DNA from: the human T2T-CHM13v2.0 reference genome, Homo sapiens
NCBI RefSeq assembly: GCF_009914755.1
Contig: NC_060930.1
Reading direction: 5' to 3' (one strand)
DNA length: 64,000 nt
The translations under genes and the position numbers were made by a program. Below, piece after piece: positions 15,777-41,839 of this stretch. Each line of letters opens with the position of its first letter. Within the stretch, counting starts at the first letter, position 1. The notes under the pieces were generated by a model. That model made no database searches. It was not told the DNA's origin and worked only from the letters and a program-made list of their open reading frames with translations.

Positions 15777-17049
15777 TAAAAGCCACTTAGAAGAGCTTGC
15801 CTCCAAGACAGTAGGAGCTGGAGCCTGAGCATGTGCTCTTTGCCAAGCGAACACCATGCCGAAAGTCTGCCTGGTTTTGCAGGGCAAGATCAGGAGAGCG
15901 GAAGGTAAAGGTAAAAGAGCAATCTGAGAGTTGCTGCAGTGAATGAGAGGCACCGAGGGAGGAGGCTGGTGGCAATAGTGATGGAGAATGGGAGAGACAG
16001 GAAAAGGGGAGGATGGACCTTGGTTACAGGGGATAAAAGAGAAAGGTGAAAAGTGATTCTGAGGACTGGCCAGACAGGTCGCTTGGCATGCTGAACTGGA
16101 TCACGGGGCATCCGAGAACCGAAGGAACAGAAAGAGCCCAGTAATCAAAGGCACACTGGAAAGGACTTAGAAGAACCAAGGAAAGTTGTTTTCAGTAGTG
16201 AAGGGGCTCCTGTTGTCCTCAGCAGGGGCCGATCAGAAGAGGGTGACTTGGGAGGAGAAACAAAGAAGTTAAAAGCAGAAACATCCTTGTTTTCCACTGA
16301 TGTTTCTTCCCGGGGAATGTATTGACACTTTCTGCAGTGAAATGGCAGATGGTAACAATTATGTTGAAATATCAAGGAGGAGACTATGCTTTGTATGTTT
16401 GTTTTAGCTTCATCAAAAAAATAAGATTAACCTTGATGATTTATGTTTGCATTAATTTTTTCTATTAAAACGAATATACTGTGTCATAACTAATTCCACA
16501 TCTAAAAGAAACCTGGTCTTCTCCCTTAAGATTGCTGAGGAATTACTCTTGTTCAGACTTGTTTCCTTCAAACTGTGATCTTCTTGTCATGCTTTGTAAT
16601 TGCTGTGACAACAAATCAATGATTCTTCAGCTTCAGGTATCTGTGGACACACTGCCTGTTTCGTTAGGAACATTTTGCTGCCAGTCAGGTGCTTTAGAAC
16701 CAAATTGGTTTGTACAGAGAATTCTGTAAGTTGCAAGTATTTTAACAATGATAAAGGTGCAACGGAGCTTATATACCATCATTAGAACAGAAGGTTTCAA
16801 GTTGCAGCAGGTGATACTGTTGATTTCAGGGTACTTTCCTGAATTGCTCAAATTTGTCTCTTGTACCACACCTGATGCCAACAAAGAGCTGCTTAAGTGT
16901 GTTCGGTTGAAAAATTGATCCAGACCTTGGCATTTTATTATTATGTCCTTAGTTCTCAGGTTGGGTCTTGAGTTATTGCTGCAGAGCAGTAGTGGTTAAA
17001 ATAAGATCTTGGAATTTATCAAAAGGGAGGTGAGCTGGATGTGGTCATC

Positions 17050-17180
17050 CACGAGGTCATGGATGTGGTGTGTATGCCTGTGGTCCCAGTTACTCATGGA
17101 ATGCCCAAGCGGGAGGATCACATAAGCCCAGGAGTTTGAGGCCAGCCTGGCCAACATAGTGAGACCTCGTCTCTGAAACA
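17050..17180 (+). mobile_element. Free Alu monomer (FAM/FLAM-like)
   Basis: Single-arm Alu sequence ending gagacctcgtctct. Confidence 0.65.
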
Positions 17181-17655
17181 ACTTAAAAAGGTTTTTTGTT
17201 GTTGTTGTTGTTGTCATTCAGCATTTCAGATAAGGACTTAAGATGTAAAGATATTGTTACAGGATGATGCATTGTATTTTCTGCATTGCATGAAAGAATT
17301 TTTATTGAAAATGAAGTGACATTTCAAAGGAAGTTCTATTCTAATTATGTTTCTGCCTAAAGTAAACTTCCCAGATTTTAGAAAATGTAATCTTTTAAAT
17401 TTCAGACTGGTTTTCCCAGTACTTTTATAATCCCATGTTTTGATAAAATATTGAATTATCATTTTATATTCACAAAGGCAAATAACTAGTGTATGAGAAT
17501 GGGATAATTCACTCTCACTCTTGAAAATATATCTACCCTTCAAGTGAGTAAAAGGTCTAACTCTGCTAACTCTGTAAAAGATTGAAAAGAAATTGAATGC
17601 CAAGTGTGATACAGGAGAGTTGGCAAGGAAAGATTTTAGCCTGGTGCCAAGGTTA

Positions 17656-18341
<686 letters not shown>

Positions 18342-18379
18342 TATGGAGTACTTTTTAGAAAAAAAAAGTTTCTTTTGTG

Positions 18380-18453
18380 TTTACTAAAGGGAATGTTTTG
18401 ACAATAGTGTGTGTGTTTTACTAAAGGGAATGCTTTGACAATAGTGTGTGTGT
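18380..18453. repeat. 37-bp direct tandem duplication
   Basis: tttactaaagggaatg(t/c)tttgacaatagtgtgtgtgt occurs twice with one mismatch. Confidence 0.9.
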
Positions 18454-18730
18454 CATTCTTCTTGTTGAAACTGAACTGTATTCTGTAGTCAGCACTTGAT
18501 TAGTTAGGGAAAGTCCTGCCTTTAAAACCTTTTTGAGAACCGGTGAGCTTTCTGCGCATTGTCTTTTGTTAATATTCTCTGTTGTCACCTTACGTAGTTC
18601 AGCTGAAACCTGTCACCCTGTAAGGGAGGGGAGCCCCAAGAGAGTTTTTCTGGGTTGGCATTTTGCATGGTAGCCAAGACAGTTTAGCATCCAGGGTTCA
18701 CACCAAGAATGGTTTATAGATAATTTTATC

Positions 18731-18987
18731 GGTGGCTCATGCCTGTAATCCCATCACTTTGGGAGGCTGAGGCGGGTAGATCACTTGAGGTCAGGAGTTG
18801 AAGACCAGCCTGGCCAACATGGTGAAATCCCATCTCTACTGAAAATACAAAAATTAGCCGGGCATGATGGCGCACCCCTGTAATCCCAGCTACTCTGGAG
18901 GAGGCTGAGGCAGGAGAATCTCTGGAACCTGGGAGGCGGAGGTTGCAGTGAGCTGACAGCGAGACTCAGTCTAAAAAAAAAAAAAAA
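18731..18987 (+). mobile_element. AluS (internally deleted)
   Basis: Alu sequence plus poly(A). Confidence 0.85.
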
Positions 18988-19233
18988 GATAATTATTTAA
19001 ATTATTTAGCCAATCATTTTGAAACCTCTATATTTTTATAATTATTATCTATATGTTATACAGCATCTCTTTCCATAATTATTTTTGTTACCTTCAGTGT
19101 TTTCTGATTATATTTACAACAATATTTTAAACCAACTTTGCATTTTATAACTGATTCAAGTGCTCATTGCTAGTCTTTGGAGACCATGATTTCCCAGTTT
19201 GCAAGTTCTTTATTTTGATTCATTTTTCAATCA

Positions 19234-19535
<302 letters not shown>

Positions 19536-19852
19536 GTTTTTCCCCAGGAGAGGACTGTGAGTGGTGTATTTTCCACGTCATTGCGTATTTGAGAGTTGCT
19601 TTCCGTGGTCTTCCTTCATGAGGAATGATTTCACTGGGTTTTAAGTCCTGGGTTGCCACTGTTTACTCAGTAAATGCAGCCATGTTGCCTTTTGGAATTT
19701 AACATTATGGAGACAGCTGATGCTAGTTTTATTTTTATTTCATTGTTTATCTCCTGATTTTTATGTAGAAGAAACATACTGGTTTTTTTGTTTCTTTTTT
19801 TTTTTTTTGGCAGAGACTGCAGCCTTATTCTCTTTTAAAACTTTTTATTTAG

Positions 19853-20974
<1,122 letters not shown>

Positions 20975-21023
20975 CAGGAACAGCTTTGAAGGCATAAGTT
21001 GGCTTCCTTTTCTCTTTGTATTA

Positions 21024-21386
<363 letters not shown>

Positions 21387-22076
21387 TTAATGTCTTTTTC
21401 TTTCTCTTTCACATTCTGGCAAGTGTCTCTGCCAAGTCAGCCTCACAGATTCAACTTTCTAGCCTGCCATTTCTGCTCTTTTCTGCTGATGAAACAGTTC
21501 ATTCTGCTTTGGCTCTGTTAGTTTATGAAATATTCCCTTATTGTAGTCCCACCGTCTCTTCATCCTGGCTCTTCCTTCTATCTTGCTGTGTCTTTTTCTC
21601 AGAGGTGGGTCTTAAATGTTTTTGGAGGCTGACTGCTTTCTGAAAGTTCCCTCTGGTTCCACGGTGATGCACGGTCACAGAGGCTGCTGGCCTGGTCTTC
21701 TGGACTCCATGTACCCTGACTATGGCATTTTATCGGAAGCTCTTGGTTGTCTCTTTAGAAAGCCAGGTTGAGCGGTTGCCCACAGAGAGCGTGTGCTCCT
21801 GCTTTCGGCCTTCTCATCGCCCCTCTGTCGTGGTGGATCCCCCTTCTTAGGTCTACAGGGAGAGGACAGGTCGGGGCACAGCATCTAACCGTTTTTATTG
21901 CCAAGGCCTTAAACAAGTACGGCTCTGTCCAGCTGCAGTAGAATTTTTCCTAATTTCATTGACTGGTTATCTGATATAACAGACCAGGAGTCACAAACTT
22001 GACATCAACAGACGACAGACAGGGCACAGACCTTGTTTGTTCTGACCTGCGCAGTGTTTAATATTGATCATTTTAG

Positions 22077-22550
<474 letters not shown>

Positions 22551-22753
22551 TAAGAAGTGTTGGTAACAGCTTGATAAAAACCCTTTCTTTATCTTCATCT
22601 TGATTCTCTGACTCCTTTGATAGTTACCTAGGATTCAATCACAATGATCAGTCTTTTTTTTCCTGTAAGGATGTGGAAATCAGATCAATTGAGCTAGTGG
22701 AAAAAAACGAGTATTTTGCTTTGTAACTATGAACCATTTTAGATGCGAGACTA

Positions 22754-24963
<2,210 letters not shown>

Positions 24964-25109
24964 GACTATTTGAAATAAAAAAAATAAAAATCCAACTGTA
25001 TGCTTGCATAGGACTAATTTAGCTGGGAGTTACTGAGCAGTTGGACAAACTATCATGAAAAAATTAGGCTGATCTCAGTTTTACAATATGCAGCTTCTGC
25101 TGCTGCTGC

Positions 25110-25400
25110 TTTTGTTGTTGTTGTTGTTTTAATTTTATTTGAGAGACGGTCTCACACTATTGCCCAGACTGGAGTGCAGTGGTACAATCTTGGCTCACTG
25201 TAAATTCCACCTCCTGGGCTCAAGCAGTCCTCCCACTTCAGCCTCCTGAGGAGCTGGGACTACTGGCGTGCACCACCATGTCTGGCTGATTTTTGTATTT
25301 TTGGTAGGGATGTTGCTCAGGCTGGTCTGGAACTCCTGCGTTCAAGCAATCCTCTCGCCTCGGCCTCCGAAAGTGCTGAGATTACAGGCGTGTCCCACCA
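25110..25400 (-). mobile_element. AluJ
   Basis: Diverged reverse dimer. Confidence 0.85.
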
Positions 25401-26220
25401 ATGCGACTTCTTGATTTGAAGTTTTTGTAGTTCATGTGTCTAAAGGATCTCTGGAGACCTCCTTGCCACTGGGGTACTGGTTGGAGAACAGTTCTGCACA
25501 GGAGATGTGCTTCTTTAGGGATTTGAAGAATCCTGGCTGTGCAGACCAATTTTCTACTTCTTGTCAGTTGAATGGTGAAAATACGTTAAGCAACTCTAGG
25601 GACATCATGCTGACTTTTCTTGGAACATACAGTGTAGATGCAGTAGCTTAGCCACCTGCAGATGCAAGCAATTTAGATGCAAAATGCATTACAACACGTG
25701 TGTTTGGCTCACTGCTTGGTGTTAGTAATGAGGTCAAAATATTTTCTGGTAGAGTCCTCCATTCATCTTATTGAACGTTTGTGTGCTACAATTTGCAAAG
25801 TGTTTTTCAACAGTTATTTCTCCTTTGATAATGAAATGACAGCATTAACAGAATTCAGGGCTGTGAAAATGGATGCTGAAAACCCCAGAAGTTTATTAAG
25901 AGCCATCTAGGCATCCAGTGCTTGGCATTTGTAATTCTAGTGATCCTCATGCAGTTAATGTGAAGGTCAGTCATGGGTCAGGTCTCCTGATTCTATAGCT
26001 TCGGCCCTCCCCACCACCCTAGGCTTTTGCCTTTTGAGATATATTTATGGGCTAATTGAAAAAATTTTTAAAGAAGTGAGTCATGATTCTGAAAAGTTTA
26101 AGGGCACAAATTTATTGCTGAACTCATAAATCTTCCAAGAAACTTTCATAACCTCATTCTGATTTAATCACCTGGGAAGAAGTGCTAGATGCTTTCTTTG
26201 GTTACTAATGAATCACACTA

Positions 26221-26646
<426 letters not shown>

Positions 26647-27689
26647 TTACAAAAGATATTGTGGAATAATTGCTTATGAAGATGCTGATTTTGCAAGAAA
26701 GGGTAATGGACACCCGGGCCAAACCTAGTATTCAAAGCAAGCAGTCTCAAATGCAAAAAGTGCTGGTTGTCATATGGTTTAGGGATAAAAATACTGTGGT
26801 ATTTTTACTTTATTCTTTAATCACAGATAGGCCCAAGAGATCCTCGAGTTTATGCCCAAATCTCTATATGCCAAATTAGCTCCTGTTTAAACTGCACAAG
26901 TAATCAGTTGGAATTAAATGAGATTAGATGGTTCTATTAGATGATTCGCGCTGGGTGACTAGGATTTTAATTTATCTACTACTTGTGTAGGTTCTGAAAC
27001 CAGGGCTGGAGTCCTTTCAATGATTTGCAATGTTCATTCACTTAGGCACTTTCACCTTTTGCTCTTCCCTCACCTTAGCTGTTTTTCATTTTCTGTGATT
27101 GTATGTCTGTCTGTGTGTGTGTTTACTTATCGATGTTGTCCCCCTGTCTGATTAGCTCAGTCGACTGTAGCGTCTCAGATATGGATATTTTGGGCCCAGT
27201 GGTAACGGGCTGGAGCATGTGAGAGAGGAGATGAGCTGAAATGGGTCACTCACCAGAAAGGCAATTCTGCAAGTAAGGTGCGTTTATCAGGCGGGGGCCT
27301 TGTAATTCCTGCCCTTTGGATTTGCTTTCTGTCCCCTCCTCTAAGGATTAGACCTTGTTCTGTTTGCCAGGACTGAAGAGGCATCTTTAGAAATTGAATA
27401 TGGAGAGGTGCAGCCCTTCAAAGGCATGGGAATTTACCACCCATGACTCCCTCTGGACTTGCCCTGATTTTTTATGTTCTGCTTCCCACAAGTACTCCAG
27501 GGGAAAACTTCTGCCTAGAGGCTGAGACTGCCTTAAGGTGTTTTGTGTTGATGTAGGGGATTAGATAATTGAGTTTCTGACTTTATGGATGCAAACTTTT
27601 CCCTGTCTTTGTAGAGACATATCACAGTTGTACACTTTATATATTTTTGGCTCTGAATGGTAATGACTGATTACCAAAATTCTGTTATA

Positions 27690-28032
<343 letters not shown>

Positions 28033-28534
28033 CTAGTCACTAAGTATTGGTAGTAATCATTTATGTACTAATCAGAAAATAGTAGTGTCTAACCAGATGA
28101 AGGAGAGAAAGTTAGTTGATATCTTCTCACAATTACTAGCACTTCATAGAGAAAGATAGCATATTTTGAAAAACGTGCAGATTGGCATATATTTGTGATT
28201 TTACTTACATTAGCAAGCATTAATTTTCTAAAAAATCCACTTGAGTTCATGTATAGCCTGAAAGAACCTAATGGAGAATTTATTTCAGTCAATACTGTAA
28301 TTTATAGAAGAGAATCAGTCATGAGTTGAAGTTTTAATTTTTTTCTTAAATTTGCATAACAAAGGAATTGGCCAGTTTTGTGGCACATTATTTTAAGGAT
28401 GTGAAGATCTTATAATATTTACATGTTTGCCTTTTTATATCCTAAAAGGATATTAACAATTCTGCCTTTCTGAGATTGAGGTTGAGTATGGATTCCCCCA
28501 GAAAACCAAGAGGAAAACCCATGTTAGGACGTCA

Positions 28535-28955
<421 letters not shown>

Positions 28956-29065
28956 TCAACACACATTGATCCCATATTCCATACTTCAGGTCCTCCCAAG
29001 AATCTTCTCAGGTAACCCTGCTCTGTGGGCTCTTGGAGAATGTTGTAAACACAAACTAACCTTAG

Positions 29066-29487
<422 letters not shown>

Positions 29488-29499
29488 TGATGATAATAA

Positions 29500-29891
<392 letters not shown>

Positions 29892-30157
29892 CATATTCAC
29901 ATATTATACATTGAACGTACACATGACATGCAAGATAAAACACATAGCGGTGGGAGTTGCACAGCTTTGCTGCTGATACTGAAATCACTTCGCCTCTATG
30001 GGGAATCTGTAAATTTAAGTGTTTAAGCCAGGAAATTGATTGCTGAGGTCCATTGCAAGACTAATATTTTGTGACCTTACCTAACCCTTAAAAGGGGTAA
30101 ATATAGCACTATTCATATCTTCTCTCTCTGAAGCTTCCTTTCTGCTCATTTTTTCAG

Positions 30158-30222
30158 GAATGTCAAAATAAAAACTGGAGAATGGTTCTATGAGGAACGA
30201 GCCAAGAAATTTCCAACTGGAG
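30158..30222 (+). CDS. SYTL3: SYTL3 coding exon 3 (SHD2, TGEWFY Rab27-binding motif)
   Basis: ttttttcag|G acceptor, G|gtaaat donor. Encodes NVKIKTGEWFYEERAKKFPTG, containing the (S/T)GxWF motif of Slp/rabphilin Rab-binding domains. Confidence 0.96.
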
Positions 30223-30433
30223 GTAAATGCTCTTTACTTTTTTAGTAAAGTAAAATGATCTATTCCTAGTTTTAAAATATTTGATGTTAAGACTTTGGAA
30301 TATAAGCAACATGATGGGTGTAGTCTGCGGGCCCCTATGTCTTGCCATTCCATTTGCTGATGCTCTCACTGTAATTCACGCTGCTCATTCCCTCTGCTCG
30401 CTACTCTTCCCTCTGCTGCATTTCTACCTCTGA

Positions 30434-30751
<318 letters not shown>

Positions 30752-31145
30752 AGGTTGGCCCCATTCTTTAAGGCTCGTGCACTACAAGGTTTCCCTGGCT
30801 TCCTGCTTCTAGGGGTGATGTCCCCTCCTCTGAAACACCATCAGTGCTGGGTTTGTAATTCTCTTCTGTAATTGTTGCAAAGTTCCTTATATTGTAGCAT
30901 TGTTTGTGCACTTCTGTTTCTCTCTACAAGCAGTAACTGTGATTTTAAAATCTTGTTAGCCCATATTGCGCCAAAGCACAATACCTTGTTTATAATACTT
31001 GAGCAAGATGATTGAATCAGTGAAGACCACAGTGAGTGAAGAGCGTTTGAACTGAGCAGAGGTTGATGCTTGTGGAGTGAGCGCATGTTGCGGTAATATG
31101 GGTGGAAGCATTTTGTCCGTATACTGTGAATGTCTTATAATGAGA

Positions 31146-31594
31146 TGTTGACCTAAAGAAGGAAACTGAGGCAAAACTAATACAGGTGGAGAGTTTATCT
31201 GGGCCAAGGCTGAGGTCTGCAGCCCAGGAAACACTTCCAAGGGCTCTGGAGAACAAAGGAGAGAAGGGTGAATCAGGAGAGGGGCGATTACAAAAGCTGG
31301 TTTTCAGGAATTCTCGTGGGTTTACGGAAATACCCGTAATTTATTCATGATTCATGATTGGCTATCCATTGCTGAGCTATAGGCTGTGGGTGATGGTGTC
31401 CAGTGTGTGGCATTGTTAGGATAATTTATGGCTATTGGTGGTGACACTCAATCTAGAGTCCGTAGAGCAAGTGGCTTTGAAATGATTAGCCCAAGTTGGG
31501 GGACGTGATTGCGGGCTCATTTCGGTGTCTCTCTAGGCCTGATACTTTAAAGGAGGCTTGTGTTTCTTAGATTAAAAGTTTATTTTCTTTTTCA
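31146..31594 (-). mobile_element. Solo ERV1-class LTR (MER31/MER67-like)
   Basis: TG...CA ends; tgttgacctaaagaaggaaactgaggcaaaa...agagtttatctgggccaagg resembles the recalled LTR terminus. Confidence 0.6.
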
Positions 31595-32449
31595 AAAGTA
31601 TTTGCAATGTATGTTGTGCCAGTGTAATTGGTAGCTGGGACCTGGAACTGTGGAGAGAATGATTTGTGCTTTGATCACAGAAGAGCTGTGATGGGGCATC
31701 AGGACAAAGGCGCACACAGGCACCGTCACGGTGGAGTGCAGGCAGGTGCTGTGGGAACCACATCTGACTATATCAGGGATGCGGGCAGCACCCCTCCTCT
31801 GTGATGTGATGTTGGGGACCTAGACTCACAGCCTGACTCAGAGGGCAGCGGTGGCTCTTTTCTAGAAAAAGTGGCAATTTGCAGGTAGGGAAATAAGCCA
31901 TAGAACCTCACCCAAAAGTTTGTTGGCAGTAAAGGAAGCCATTCATTTGGGTTGATATTCAGCTTTTATAAAGGGTGGATTTGCCCAGGTGTAGATTTGG
32001 TTGGTACTAAATTATCCCATGGTTTATATTCCTGGCTCTTCTTAAAAAAAAAAAAAAAAACGCTGCTTCTGCCAAGTTTATTGGAAACCTGGAGGAAAAA
32101 ACTAATACTAAGGGTCATGTCAGGCAATGGAATGAAGCAGGGTTGCTGTTTCCTCTAAGCCAGTGTTTCTCAACAGCTTCTTACCGCCACCCTCTCCCCT
32201 ACCCCACATAGCCTTTTTAGAGACTTTTTCAAAGTTGCTACCATAACCTTTTGATATCACAGATATCATATATCTATGTACTGAGGCCTTTTGGAGAGCC
32301 ACAGACGGTTGAAATAGGTAAGATTTGCTACCAATCTTTGTCCCCTTAGGGGTGCCGTCATCCCATGTGGAATGTGTGACCTTGGCAAAGCAACTGCAGC
32401 ACAGGACTTTTCTCTGTTTTTATTGCTTTTATGTCTCTCTCTCTCTCTC

Positions 32450-33107
<658 letters not shown>

Positions 33108-34347
33108 TCAGAAGGTAGACTCTACCCTTTTCCACATCAATTCCTAGCTTATAAACAGTAGTGCTGTAGGAGGTGAAGTTTGTCATTTCTCAATGCCAGC
33201 TAAGTGCAGACATCTGCTTCACTCAAAAAGTTTTCTACGTCGTTAGAAGTTCTAGCATCATTATTTCAGGTAAGTAGTTTTCATGTGTGCATGAATGTAT
33301 GTGTGTGTGTTTGTGCACACACGTTACCATCTTGTCATCTTTTCAGCACTTCATGTCTCCTGAGTGAGTGGGAGAAGTATGTTATCAAGGTGACTTAAGA
33401 TAAAAAGGGAATTAGGAAAGAGGTGAGACTGATGTCTTAGGGTTTTCTTTCTTGCCTTATAACTTTAAGAATAAAAACTTCAGTAAGGACAAACAAACCA
33501 GGGTCAGGAAGATCAACCTCAGCATAAATCATTCTTTTTTGCTGATGTCGTTTCTATCAATGTATAAAATAAACACCAGAAAAGCCCTAACTTTCCCTCC
33601 TTCTCTACAATGCTTCCTCAAATGCCAGGGTGCCTCATTTTCCCATTGTCCTGTTTCAGTAGAGTTGGGGTAAGAGGCATGGAACTATGGGGGAAAATGC
33701 CAGGTTAGGAGCACACAAGTAGTGCTATGAGCCAGACCAGGTTGGGTGGAGTTTGCAGCGGGTGCGTCAGGAAAGGTAACAAGGATCAGGTGACAGAGGT
33801 TTAGGTGGACAGGCAGGAATTCCACCACGCTCCTATTTGTGGCCCTAAAAGAGAACCAGGTGCAGTCATTGAGGAGTTGAATTGAATTTGTGCTGCAGCA
33901 GTTAAGATCCACTTAGGGAAATAGAAACTGTCTGGTTATTTGAATAAGAATTTACTTTAGGGATTGGTTAGACAGGAATTGGAGGCAAAAAGGGAATAGT
34001 GAGAGAACAGAGCTAGCAGCTGCAGGAGGCAGACACCCTCCGACCCTGTTGAGCTGATGCTGGCCAGACACAGGTCGGAAGGAAGGCATGAGCCCCTTCT
34101 CCCTCCTCCTGGCCCTGGTCTCCCTCTGGAAGCCCCCACTGGACCCTAATAGGGAGGCAACTGCAACCTCAATTCTCTGATGTGTTCCGGAAAAAGTGGT
34201 TTTGCATGTTCTCTAGTGTTTTTGTTGTCATGGTACCGGCAATACTCTTTCCAGCCCTCTATATCCTGAGCAGAAGTTAGAAAAACTAGATGGTGGTTTA
34301 AACCACAAAAGTGTACAGACAGCTCCAGTCTGTGCCTCTTTCCACGC

Positions 34348-34775
34348 ACTGGTTATCTATTGCTGTATAGCAAATTCCCCTCAAACCTAGTGACATAAAT
34401 CAAGTAACATTCTTTGACAGTTTCTGTCTTCAGTGGAAGGCTCGCCTGGGGCTGGGGGATCTGTGCTCTTGGGGCTTACCCTCATACCTGGCCAGTGACT
34501 GCTGGTATTGGGAGGAGGACTTGGTTCCTCACCATGGGGATATCTCCACAGGGCTGCTTGAGTGTCCTCATGACATGGCGGCTGGCTTCTCCCAGGGCAA
34601 GTGATCCAAGAGAGAGAAAAGCAGAGCCCACAATATCTTTTATGGTCTAGCTTCAGAAGCCACACCCTGTCATTTCTGCTATGCCCTATGGGTCCCACAG
34701 GTCAGCCCTAGTCAGAGAGGACAAAGGGTCTGAATATCAGGAAGCAAGAATCACTGGGACCGTCTGTGTGCTACC
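34348..34775. mobile_element. MaLR LTR (MLT1-type)
   Basis: ttatctattgctgtatagcaaattccc...gggctgcttgagtgtcctcatgacatggcggctggcttc resembles MLT1F/H. Confidence 0.7.
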
Positions 34776-35039
34776 AAATCCTGTGTTCCTTGTCTTGGGA
34801 GAATGGCGACACCTCTCACTCTGTCTCCAAATCCACAGACCTGAGAATCAAACTTGACTCCTTTGTTCCTCATTCTGCCGCTACATCTGGTCAGTCAGCA
34901 AATCCTGACATTTCTGCCTCCTGAGTCTCTGGAATCTTCCTCTGCCCTTCATTCTCACTTCCAACGTAGCAGCTCCTAACTGCTTCCCCCTTGGTCCATC
35001 TTCTATTCTGTGAAGAGAGGGAGCTTCCTTTTCTCTTTG

Positions 35040-37211
<2,172 letters not shown>

Positions 37212-38297
37212 TAATTTTTTTTCCTCCCAATCCTTGATGTTCCTGGTACCATTTGTTACATAACCATTCCCTTTCCCATTGCGTTGTAACCCAGGGCCAC
37301 TGATTGGCACAGCGTGGGGCACCACTCTCCTTGTGCCCAGCCCTGCGCTCCAGCGGGTGCTGTCTCATAGAGGACACACGGTGCCCTCTCCTTCACCTGC
37401 AACTCTTGGCAATTTGGCCCTAGCCAGATTTTGAATGTTTGAGAGCAGGAGCTATGAGTAAAGGAATAAGTGAATAAATAAATTGAGCAGGGATCTGCTC
37501 ATTTGGCCACAAAAAGTGCTGTTAGAGGGAGTAGTGTCCATTGTCAGTGCCCAGCACTGAGTAGGCACCTTACAAATGTAGACATCCTTCCCTTTTTGAC
37601 ACGGGGAAACCTAAAGCTAAATGTAACATTCAGTTGCAGTAATTCCAGGAATCATTACACCCTCTGCACCCAGTTTCCTTTTTATTAGCTTTTACTTATT
37701 TCTCTTTTGATGATCTTATTGGATATGTGCAATTTAAGATAAAATGCCCCCCAGATTTCCTTGGAAGTAGACATGCTATAAGAATCTAGTGAAGAATAAT
37801 AAATTGTGGTAATATGTGTTGTGCTATTTTTTCAACTATTAAAACAATTTAAAAACAAGAAAAAATGAGCCTCAGTTCTTCATTTTGTAGAGCGATAGTA
37901 CAAAAAATTTTAAATATTTTGATTTATTTAAAAATTTTTCTGATTATAGGCTGGCTTTTTCCCCTAAAATTTCATAACTGGATATTTAGTTTTGTGGTCT
38001 TAAAATAATTTCTTTGATGCCACCGTGGTGGTTCATCTGTAGTACATTCGAATTATCAAAGCACCCAGACCTTCATAGGCTCTCTTGCCTTTAGGAAGCT
38101 CCCCAGGACAACCTGGCATCATCACCTTCTGTGCCTCCATCCACGGGCATTTGGCAATCCGTGCAGAGGGTTTTTAATGTGGTTCCTGGACCCGCGCTCC
38201 AGGATCAGCTGCAAACTGATTCAAATTCAACCTTCCTGGCCTCACACACACAGGTTCTAATTTGGTGGGGCCAGATGGGGTTCAAGAGTGAATGTTT

Positions 38298-38593
<296 letters not shown>

Positions 38594-38885
38594 AGTGACT
38601 GTTTAACAGTTCCCCAAGTAACTTTTTTAATGTACTTTAAGTAAAGTAACAAAATTAGTAAACAATTATGATAGAACTTTTTTAGATCACTAATAACTAG
38701 AAAACAAGCTGAAAATTCATCTCTCCTCTTTTGGCATCTGCTAAGCGTATAGAAATGATGCCCTCTTCTGGCTCCTCCCTGTAAATGCACCTCTTTTACT
38801 TTTTTTCTTTTTTTTAACAACCATGACATTCTGTTACTTGATGTACAAGCTTAAAAGCAGAAAGATGACAATATTAATATTAAAC

Positions 38886-39183
38886 TTTTTTTTTTCTTTT
38901 TTGAGACGGAGTCTCGCTCTGTCGCCCAGGCTGGAGTGCAGTGATGTGATCTCGGCTCTCTGCAAGCTCCGCCTCCCGGGTTCACGCCATTCTCCTGCCT
39001 CAGCCTCCTGAGTAGCTGGGACTACGGGCACCTGTCACCACGCCTGGCTAATTTTTTGTATTTTTAGTAGAGACGGGGTTTCACCGTGTTAGCCAAGATG
39101 GTCACGATCTCCTGACCTCGTGATCGGCCCGCCTCGGCCTCCCAAAGTGCTGGGATTACAGGCGTGAGCCACCGCGCCCGGCC
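38886..39183 (-). mobile_element. AluY
   Basis: Y diagnostics; aatattaaacttt TSD. Confidence 0.92.
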
Positions 39184-39226
39184 AATATTAAACTTTCTTA
39201 AGTTAAGAAATAGTTGTAATTTCTTA

Positions 39227-39558
<332 letters not shown>

Positions 39559-39852
39559 TCAGACTTTCACTGTATTTCTAATAGTTAGGGAAATAAAATA
39601 ATTTAGAAAGGCTAAGGCTTAACATAGCCTCTGATAATGCTCTCAATGATTCATCATGTAACTAACCAGGTTAATTATTGTATCTTATAATTATGAAGGA
39701 AAATGACCTTTATCCCTCCCTCCCAGCAGTAAACGTGATTGAGTTCTTCAAGTGACTTTTCCAAGTTGTATTCTTCTGCATGGGCAGTTTAGACATGATC
39801 CGTCCCATCACAGGGTTATGAGGACGGCATCAGATTGGCTGTGTGGGCTTGA

Positions 39853-40214
<362 letters not shown>

Positions 40215-40451
40215 TCAATACGTAGCTGACTCTATCCCAGTGCCCTGCCTGCCTCTCCTCTCCGTTGGTTTGCTCAGTAAACACCCCTCATCCCTGCAAT
40301 TCATCCAATGGATTCCACAAGGATGATTCTGTAAAGCTTTCTTTGAATTACAAATGGAGTCCATAGTTTATGTGTGCTTATACTCCTAAGAGGATGTCTT
40401 TATGAAGTCATGTTTATTTCCCAGATAAAAATTTTAAAAATTTTACATAGA

Positions 40452-41238
<787 letters not shown>

Positions 41239-41540
41239 TGCTTTTATTTTAAAGGAAAGGTGGATCCTATTCTTGAATATTTTGTTACTACTCTCCTTAA
41301 GAGGAAAGATAAACACATCACCACTAAAAGAAGTGTGTGTCTTGGTAGTGTTTTCCCAGCAGATTGGATTGCTTTTCGTGTCTCAGAGATTTTTAGACAG
41401 GTCCATTTAAACTAAGTAGAGCCAAGACTATCAAATCAGATTTTATGATTAATGTAATAAGACCTTGCCCTTCAAAATTTTTTGCTTTCTCCCTGTGTTT
41501 CTAGATAATAATCTTCCTGAGACAGGCTCTTGATTTTATT

Positions 41541-41839
41541 CTTTTTTTTTTCTTTTTTTGAGATGAAGTTTCTCTCTGTCACCCAGGCTGGAGTGCAGTG
41601 GAGTGATATTGGCTCGCTGCAACCTCCGCCTCCTAGGATCAAGCAATCCTCCCTCTCAGCCTCCCAAGTAACTGGGACCACAGGTGCACACCACCACGCC
41701 TGGTTAGTTTTTCTATTTTTAGTAGAGACGGGGTTTTGCCATATTGCCCAGGCTGGTCCTGAACTCCTGGGCTCAAGTGATCTGCCCACCTCGGCCTCCC
41801 AAAATGCTGGGGTTACAGGCATGAGCCACTGCACCTGGC
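41541..41839 (-). mobile_element. AluJ/S
   Basis: Reverse dimer; tgattttattc on both flanks. Confidence 0.85.
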
